The notes beneath the pieces are model-generated. The model did no database searches, was not told the origin of the DNA, and was given only the letters and a program-made list of their open reading frames with translations. Positions 58,206-64,000 of a stretch of DNA of 64,000 bases are shown here, in pieces. The stretch is from Alphaproteobacteria bacterium. Lineage in GTDB: Bacteria; Pseudomonadota; Alphaproteobacteria; Methylaequorales; Methylaequoraceae. The stretch is from positions 22,859-86,858 of the forward strand of contig JBJKUR010000012.1 of NCBI GenBank assembly GCA_045563055.1. Direction: 5' to 3'. The position numbers were made by a program, and so were the translations under genes. Within the stretch, counting starts at the first letter, position 1, and each line of letters starts with the position of its first letter.

Positions 58206-59236
58206 AAGTTCTAAATATTATTGCAGGTTCAAAATATGGAGGTGCAGAAATTTTTTTTGAAAGATTAGCTAAATCCTTTGAAAAAAATAGAAATATTAAA
58301 CAGAAAATTATTCTGAGGTCTGCTAATGATAGGTTTGCTAATTTAAAAAAAATAATTCCAGACGTTGAGCAAATAAAACTATTTAACAACATTAATTTAT
58401 TCTGTCATTTCAAAATAGAGAGTATAATTAAGAAATTTGGACCTGATATAATTCTCACATGGATGAATCGTGCTTCTAAACTTTTACCCTATAAGAAGTT
58501 TAAAAATGAAGTGAGGGTTGGAAGATTAGGAGGGTATTACAAAATTAAAAATTATCTAAAATGTGACTACCTGGTAACCAATACTTTAGATATTAGAAAA
58601 TATGTTATTTCGCAAGGTTGGGATAATAAAAAGGTTGAATTCATTCCAAATTTTGTTCCAGAAAATAAGAGCATTGTAAATAAAAGTACAAATAAAAATA
58701 AAATTAAACTTCTTTGTATGGGAAGGTTCCATGAAAACAAGGCATTTGAAACTTTAATAAGAGGGATGTCTTTTTTACCATCATATGAACTTAGTATAGT
58801 TGGAAGTGGACAACTTAAAGGTTTATATGAACTTTTAATTAAAAAGTATAAATTAAGTAACAGAGTTAAAATATATAATTGGAGTAACGATATTTCTGAG
58901 TTTTTAAATAAAAGTTCCATTTTAGTTTGTCCTTCTAGACATGAACCATTTGGAAATATTATTATTGATGGCTGGGCACATAAAATACCTGTAGTTGCAT
59001 CTAATACAGGAGGACCAGCTAAAATGATAAAGCATAAATATAATGGTATGAAATTTGAAAAAGATAATGTCTTTGATTTGACAACCAAAATCAAAGAAAT
59101 AGTATCAAATCCTATCCTAAAAAACAAAATAATTAAAAATGGATATAACTCATTCAAAATAAATTATTCAGAGGATGTTATTGTGCAAAAATATATTAGT
59201 TTTTTTAATAAGATAAGTAGAATATGTGCGGAATAG
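58184..59236 (+). CDS. Glycosyltransferase family 4 (GT-B)
   Basis: It has SRHEPFGNIIIDGWAHKIPVVAS and an N-terminal GGAE. Confidence 0.75.
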   Translation: MEKNFNLKVLNIIAGSKYGGAEIFFERLAKSFEKNRNIKQKIILRSANDRFANLKKIIPDVEQIKLFNNINLFCHFKIESIIKKFGPDIILTWMNRASKLLPYKKFKNEVRVGRLGGYYKIKNYLKCDYLVTNTLDIRKYVISQGWDNKKVEFIPNFVPENKSIVNKSTNKNKIKLLCMGRFHENKAFETLIRGMSFLPSYELSIVGSGQLKGLYELLIKKYKLSNRVKIYNWSNDISEFLNKSSILVCPSRHEPFGNIIIDGWAHKIPVVASNTGGPAKMIKHKYNGMKFEKDNVFDLTTKIKEIVSNPILKNKIIKNGYNSFKINYSEDVIVQKYISFFNKISRICAE

Positions 59237-60960
59237 CAGGGTTTTCTTTTCAGAAATCAAATCCTAAAAAGTCTAAGGAGTTCCTTAGTATAAAAAAATA
59301 TCTTGATCATAGAGGGCCAGATAACTCTGATTTTTACAGAGATAATTTTATATCTTTGGTTCATACAAGGTTATCAATTGTTGATTTAGATGGAGGAAAT
59401 CAACCAATTATAAACAAAAAAAAAGTTTTAGTTGCTAATGGTGAAATCTATAATGATCAAAAAATCAGAAAAGAATATTCAGATTTTAATTTCAATACTA
59501 ACTCAGATTGTGAGTCTATCCTGGCACTTTATGAATCTCACGGTATTGATGGATTTAGTAAATTAAGCGGAATGTATTCTTTTGCAATTTTTGATAGAGA
59601 AAGAGAAGAAATAATTCTTTGTAGAGATATTTTTGGTATTAAGCCACTCTATTATTCCGTAAGTGAAGAAGGTATAATGTTTTGTTCGGAAATTAAACCA
59701 TTTATATTAATGAAGAAGAATAAAGGTGAAATTAATAATTTTAAATTTAATGAGTTTATGCAGTTACAATATTGTTCGGGCTCTAAAACAATCTTCGAAG
59801 GTATAAATAGAGTTTTACCCGGACAAATTATTATTATAAAGAAGGGAAAAATAATTAGGAGTTTTTCAAACAAATTACCAAAAAAAATAAAGCATCATAA
59901 TAAATTAGAGCATGAATATATCGATAAATGTTTATCAGAAAGTGTATCTAATCATCTTAGAAGTGATGTGCCATATTGTATATTTTTTTCAGGTGGTATC
60001 GACTCAATGTTACTTGCACATTATGTGAAAAAACTAAACAAAAAAAATATAACAGCCTTTTCAATTAAATTCACTCAAGATGATTACATATCGGATTCGG
60101 AGAAAATAATTAAAAAATTTGATTTTGATCTTGTTAAAGAAGAATTCAAGGAGGAAGACTTTTGGAATTGGATTCTCTTTGCTGCATACCATATTGATGA
60201 ACCAATAGCAGACTATGCAGTGCTTCCGACGTTTAAGTTGGCATCAGTTGCATCAAAAAAATTTAAGGTGGCTTTGACAGGTGAAGGTGGCGATGAATTG
60301 TTTGGAGGTTATGGTAGGTATAAAAAAAATCAAAGATTTCTTTTTAAAAGAAAAAACCTAATACCAAGAGGTGCATTTCATAAATTATTTAAATATAAAT
60401 TTAGCAACTGGGATTTTTATTTGAAAAATAATTATAATTCACATTATGTTAAAAACTCTAAACTAACAGATTTTCAAATCTTTGATTATAAGAATTGGTT
60501 GCCTAATGACTTGTTAGTAAAACTTGATAGATGCTTAATGACATATGGAATGGAAGGAAGAACTCCTTTTATAGATAAAACACTTTTTCAAAAACTATTC
60601 TATACAAATAATAAGAATAAAATAAATAAAGGATTTGCGAAATATTATATAAGAGAATTTTTATCTAAGGAGATCCCTGAATATGAATCATTTAAAAAAA
60701 AAAGGGGGTTTACAGTTCCTATTTATGATTGGATTCCAAATAAAATCGATCAATTAGAGCGTCTTCTTTTAAAAGTAAATTTTTTGAAGCAATATTTTTC
60801 AACTAAAGAGATTCAATTTATTTGTGATAATGTTAGGATAAACAAAAAGTTTGCAAAACCTTTATGGCATATAATCTTTTTCACTTCATGGTATTTTGTA
60901 AATATAAAAAAAATAGATAAAAAGGGTAATTTTTTTGATGTTATTTCTCGATATATTTAA
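59224..60960 (+). CDS. asnB: Asparagine synthase (glutamine-hydrolysing) family amidotransferase
   Basis: It has the N-terminal nucleophile MCGIAGF and the PP-loop SGGIDS. Confidence 0.85.
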   Translation: MCGIAGFSFQKSNPKKSKEFLSIKKYLDHRGPDNSDFYRDNFISLVHTRLSIVDLDGGNQPIINKKKVLVANGEIYNDQKIRKEYSDFNFNTNSDCESILALYESHGIDGFSKLSGMYSFAIFDREREEIILCRDIFGIKPLYYSVSEEGIMFCSEIKPFILMKKNKGEINNFKFNEFMQLQYCSGSKTIFEGINRVLPGQIIIIKKGKIIRSFSNKLPKKIKHHNKLEHEYIDKCLSESVSNHLRSDVPYCIFFSGGIDSMLLAHYVKKLNKKNITAFSIKFTQDDYISDSEKIIKKFDFDLVKEEFKEEDFWNWILFAAYHIDEPIADYAVLPTFKLASVASKKFKVALTGEGGDELFGGYGRYKKNQRFLFKRKNLIPRGAFHKLFKYKFSNWDFYLKNNYNSHYVKNSKLTDFQIFDYKNWLPNDLLVKLDRCLMTYGMEGRTPFIDKTLFQKLFYTNNKNKINKGFAKYYIREFLSKEIPEYESFKKKRGFTVPIYDWIPNKIDQLERLLLKVNFLKQYFSTKEIQFICDNVRINKKFAKPLWHIIFFTSWYFVNIKKIDKKGNFFDVISRYI

Positions 60961-60974
60961 ATTAAATAAATAAA

Positions 60975-62306
60975 ATGGGTAGTACGTTTGATATAATTCT
61001 TGCTGGAGGTGATGTTGTCCTTCCTTCGATGAAAATAGAGAAGTTAGATGTAGGGATAACGAGCTCAAAAGTCAGTGAATTGGGTGATCTTTCCCGCGCA
61101 AATTGTAAAGAAAGAATTAATTTAAAAGGTTTATTAATTATTCCAGGAGCTATTGATACGCAAGTTCATTTTAGAGAACCTGGTCTAACTCATAAGGAAG
61201 ATATATTCCATGGAACTAAGGGAGCCATACTTGGCGGAGTTACAACAATCTTCGAGATGCCTAATACAAATCCACCAACAACTAACTCGATTGAGTTAAA
61301 AAAGAAGGTGCAAATAGCTGAAAAAAATGCATTCTGTAATTTTAGTTTTTTTATTGGAGCAAGCAAAGAAAATATAGAAAACATAAATAAACTGGAGAAT
61401 GAGCCTGGTTGCTGTGGTGTTAAAATATTTATGGGTTCTTCTACTGGAGATCTTTTAGTTGAGGACGATGAGCATATCCTTAGAATTCTTAAAGTAGCAA
61501 AAAGAATGGTTGCTGTACATAGTGAGGATGAATTCAGACTTAGAGAGAGGAAAAATCTTTTTTCTAATAACGATATTTCTGTTTTAGATCATCCTAAGAT
61601 TAGAGATGTATTATCAGCTGTAACGAGCACAAAAAGACTTATAAATTCAGCTAAAAGAGCAAATAAAAAAATTCATATATTGCATATTTCAACCAAAGAG
61701 GAAATTCCAATATTAAGAGAAAATAAAGAAATATCATCGTGTGAAGTAACACCTCAACATTTATTTTTTAGTTCACCTGAATGTTATGAGACTCTTGGTA
61801 GTCTGACTCAAATGAACCCTCCAATAAGAGATAAATCACACAAAGAAAGCCTATGGAGGGCTCTTGCTGATGGTGTTATAGATGTGATTGGCTCTGATCA
61901 CGCTCCTCATACTTTAGATGAAAAAAAAAGAAAATACCCAAGTTCACCATCTGGTATGACTGGAGTTCAAACTTTACTTCCTATAATGTTAAACTTTGTA
62001 AATCAAGGTAAGCTATCGATCTTTGATCTTGTGAGGATGGTTGCTGTCAAACCAAGTGAAATTTATAATATTAAAAATAAAGGTAAAATAAAAGTTGGGT
62101 TTGATGCAGATCTAGCAATCATTGACATGAAACAGGAATTCAGGGTTTCGAATGAATGGATAGCGAGTAAATCCAAGTGGACACCTTATGACAATGTTAA
62201 AATTAAAGGCATACCAGTTTTCACTATTGTGAACGGAAAAATAGTGATGCGTGATCATGATGTTGTTCAGAATTCAGCTGGTCAAAAAGTTCAGTTTAAA
62301 GCTTAA
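60975..62306 (+). CDS. pyrC: Dihydroorotase (cyclic amidohydrolase family)
   Basis: The metal ligands are present: DTQVHFREPG, KIFMG and GSDHAPH. Confidence 0.8.
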   Translation: MGSTFDIILAGGDVVLPSMKIEKLDVGITSSKVSELGDLSRANCKERINLKGLLIIPGAIDTQVHFREPGLTHKEDIFHGTKGAILGGVTTIFEMPNTNPPTTNSIELKKKVQIAEKNAFCNFSFFIGASKENIENINKLENEPGCCGVKIFMGSSTGDLLVEDDEHILRILKVAKRMVAVHSEDEFRLRERKNLFSNNDISVLDHPKIRDVLSAVTSTKRLINSAKRANKKIHILHISTKEEIPILRENKEISSCEVTPQHLFFSSPECYETLGSLTQMNPPIRDKSHKESLWRALADGVIDVIGSDHAPHTLDEKKRKYPSSPSGMTGVQTLLPIMLNFVNQGKLSIFDLVRMVAVKPSEIYNIKNKGKIKVGFDADLAIIDMKQEFRVSNEWIASKSKWTPYDNVKIKGIPVFTIVNGKIVMRDHDVVQNSAGQKVQFKA

Positions 62307-62469
62307 TTTCTTTTATTTTTGTAACAAAGATGGATCTTCCATCAAAGTTGTATTGAGTCTCAGCTTTTCTAATAGCAATCTTCTTAGCAATTTCTAGGTC
62401 TGAAGCTTGAACTGTTTCAAATGTTTTTCCATAAATTGGAATTTCTAATTCAACATCGTACCATTTCAT
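62296..62469 (-). CDS. Unlisted 57-aa small protein, translationally coupled to the upstream symporter
   Basis: Its ATG forms an ATGA overlap with the symporter stop at 62466-62469. The peptide is MKWYDVELEIPIYGKTFETVQASDLEIAKKIAIRKAETQYNFDGRSIFVTKIKEIKL. Its 3' end overlaps the convergent pyrC end by 11 nt. Confidence 0.4.
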   Translation of the reverse strand: MKWYDVELEIPIYGKTFETVQASDLEIAKKIAIRKAETQYNFDGRSIFVTKIKEIKL

Positions 62470-63674
62470 TTTTCACCCTTGTTAACGACAATTGATACCA
62501 TTGCATCTCCAGAAATATTTACGGAGGTTCTTAACATATCTAAAAATCTGTCAACTCCCATCACTATGGCAATACCTTCTAGTGGTAAACCAACCTGATT
62601 TAAAACCATTCCCAACATAATAATGCCTACTCCAGGAACTCCTGCAGTTCCAATTGAAGCAAGAGTTGCGGTGATAATTATTGATATATAATCTAAAAAT
62701 AAAAGCTCTATACCATAAATGTTAGCAATGAAAACGGTTGCAATACCCTGCATAATGGCTGTTCCATCCATATTGATTGTTGCACCTAATGGGACTGTAA
62801 AAGCTGCAACATTTTCCTTAATAGAAAAGTTTTTTTTTAAACAATTTAAAGTGACTGGTATCGTAGCAGTACTGCTTGAAGTTGAAAAAGAAAATAATAA
62901 AGCATCCTTAATTCCTAAAAAGAAATTCTTATAGGTAACTTTTCCATAGAACTTTATTACTGGTAAATAAATTAAAAAAACATGAAGGAATAAAACAAAA
63001 GCTACTAAAAGAAAATATTTGAGTAACTCCAAAATCGAATTTAATCCTTGAGTTGCAAAAGTCTTTGATATTAAACAAAAAATACCAAAAGGGGCTATAG
63101 TCATTACAAATGATAAAATTTGCATTACTACCTGGTTAAATTCGTTGAAAAATTTTTTGATTACCATTGTATTCTTTAAAACTGATATTGAACTTCCAAT
63201 TAAAATTGAAAACAGAATTACTTGAAGCATTTCTCCTTCTACAAGTGATGCAAAAGGATTGTTCGGAATAATATTTAGTAAAATATCAAAGAAAGAGGGT
63301 GGGTTTGTTATTTCAATATCTGTTGCAACAGAGTTTCTTCCAAAACCCTGCCCTGGTTGTATGATATTAGCCAAAAACAAAGACATTGTTATAGCAATGC
63401 AGGTAGTTAAGAGGTAGATCAAAATTGATTTAGACCCAATTCTACCAAGTGATGCAATATTCCTAAGATTTGCAACACCATTTACTAACGAGAAAAAAAC
63501 AATTGGAACTACAAGCATTTTAATTGTTTTTAAAAAAACATCTCCACCGAAAGAGAGAAAAACTAATAAATTATTATGTATATGAACTGGTAAATTTGAA
63601 ACATTCAAGATAACTCCAAAAAAAACTCCTAGCATGAAGCCAATGAAAATATTTTGTGTAAGATTGTTTTTCAT
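62466..63674 (-). CDS. Dicarboxylate/amino acid:cation symporter (DAACS family)
   Basis: It is a polytopic protein with the DAACS motifs FLKTIKMLVVPIVF, the SSSTATIPV hairpin and NMDGTA. Confidence 0.85.
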   Translation of the reverse strand: MKNNLTQNIFIGFMLGVFFGVILNVSNLPVHIHNNLLVFLSFGGDVFLKTIKMLVVPIVFFSLVNGVANLRNIASLGRIGSKSILIYLLTTCIAITMSLFLANIIQPGQGFGRNSVATDIEITNPPSFFDILLNIIPNNPFASLVEGEMLQVILFSILIGSSISVLKNTMVIKKFFNEFNQVVMQILSFVMTIAPFGIFCLISKTFATQGLNSILELLKYFLLVAFVLFLHVFLIYLPVIKFYGKVTYKNFFLGIKDALLFSFSTSSSTATIPVTLNCLKKNFSIKENVAAFTVPLGATINMDGTAIMQGIATVFIANIYGIELLFLDYISIIITATLASIGTAGVPGVGIIMLGMVLNQVGLPLEGIAIVMGVDRFLDMLRTSVNISGDAMVSIVVNKGEK

Positions 63675-63676
63675 AT

Positions 63677-63750
63677 TGGTGCCCTCTACTGGTTACGCTC
63701 CAGTGGCTGAGTCTTACCAAGACCCTGTTTTACTATTAAACTAAGAGGGC
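63677..63750 (-). tRNA. tRNA-Thr(GGU)-shaped gene or element with non-canonical D and T loops
   Basis: It folds as a 74-nt cloverleaf. The parts in order are GCCCTCT, TA, GTTT-AATAGTA-AAAC, A, GGGTC-TTGGTAA-GACTC, AGCC, ACTGG-AGCGTAA-CCAGT, AGAGGGC, A and CCA. U8, A14, A21, U33, A37, C56 and G57 are present. The T-loop is not TTCRANN and the D-loop lacks GG. Confidence 0.55.
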
Positions 63751-64000
63751 AAATGAGTTTGCCCATTCTAACTTTTTTAAACCTTACAAACATTAAACAT
63801 TTAAGCAAACAATTTTATTTGATTTAATTATTCCACCGTTAATAAAAATATCACATAAAAGTTACTTTTATTATTGTTGATAACAAGTTTTATTTAAATA
63901 TTTAACTAAAATTTTAATATTTAATGATATTGTATTGGCAAAATTATTATGAAAAATAATAGAGAAATAAATTTAAAAGTAATTTTAAAAAAGGTCAAAG

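Noticed and set aside
58567-59157. A 196-aa minus-strand ORF. The same reasoning covers other long antisense ORFs such as 3844..4458, 15620..15946, 31863..32147 and 41940..42251.
   Set aside because: Each is nested antisense inside a gene with clear family motifs (GT4, ftsZ, the binding protein, degP, mrdA). None has motifs of its own.
63675-63775. A riboswitch, for example a glycine-type three-way junction, in the symporter leader.
   Set aside because: The three-helix junction resolves exactly into a tRNA cloverleaf with an anticodon loop and a CCA end. No glycine-riboswitch core sequences (GGAGAG/CACCG-type) are present.

Overview
This is a gene-dense, visibly AT-rich bacterial chromosome segment. 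It looks like a streamlined marine alphaproteobacterium (Pelagibacterales-like); that is inferred from the circularly permuted two-piece tmRNA gene, gene content, and frequent ATGA start/stop overlaps.

Layout:
- 1-10.4 kb (mostly minus strand): a rearranged head of the dcw division cluster (mraZ-ftsZ-rsmH-ftsL-ftsI-murE), RNase P RNA, an AmpD-type amidase broken by an in-frame TAG, an AsmA-like protein, fumC and sspB.
- 10.4-27 kb: an accessory-looking stretch of mixed strands, many hypotheticals and small unlisted ORFs. It holds a Fur-box array in front of a TonB-dependent receptor and an orphan TupA-like binding protein. It also has a putative zinc module: a MacB/FtsX-type ABC transporter with a His-rich loop, a DUF3299 protein, zur, and an unlisted 46-aa peptide with 14 Cys. 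The tmRNA gene follows; its 3' 52 nt are duplicated 1.5 kb away, bracketing an integrase-less islet.
- 27-43.4 kb: a core block with thyX, mrp, hflKC-degP, miaA, ilvBHC-leuA and mreBCD-mrdA-rodA.
- 43.4-47 kb: a tight minus-strand envelope operon with a MotA/ExbB-like channel, an ExbD-like anchored protein, a membrane protein, a lipoprotein and an AI-2E transporter.
- 47-64 kb: apt, a ubiquinone group (COQ9-like, ubiB, ispB), glyQS, a meaB-like gene, ygfZ, a glycosyltransferase/asnB surface-glycan locus, pyrC, and a DAACS symporter. The symporter's ATG sits 2 nt after the CCA of a tRNA-Thr(GGU)-shaped element with non-canonical D and T loops.

I saw no CRISPR array, transposase, integrase or rRNA. 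All homology calls rest on motif recognition by eye; nothing was searched against a database.
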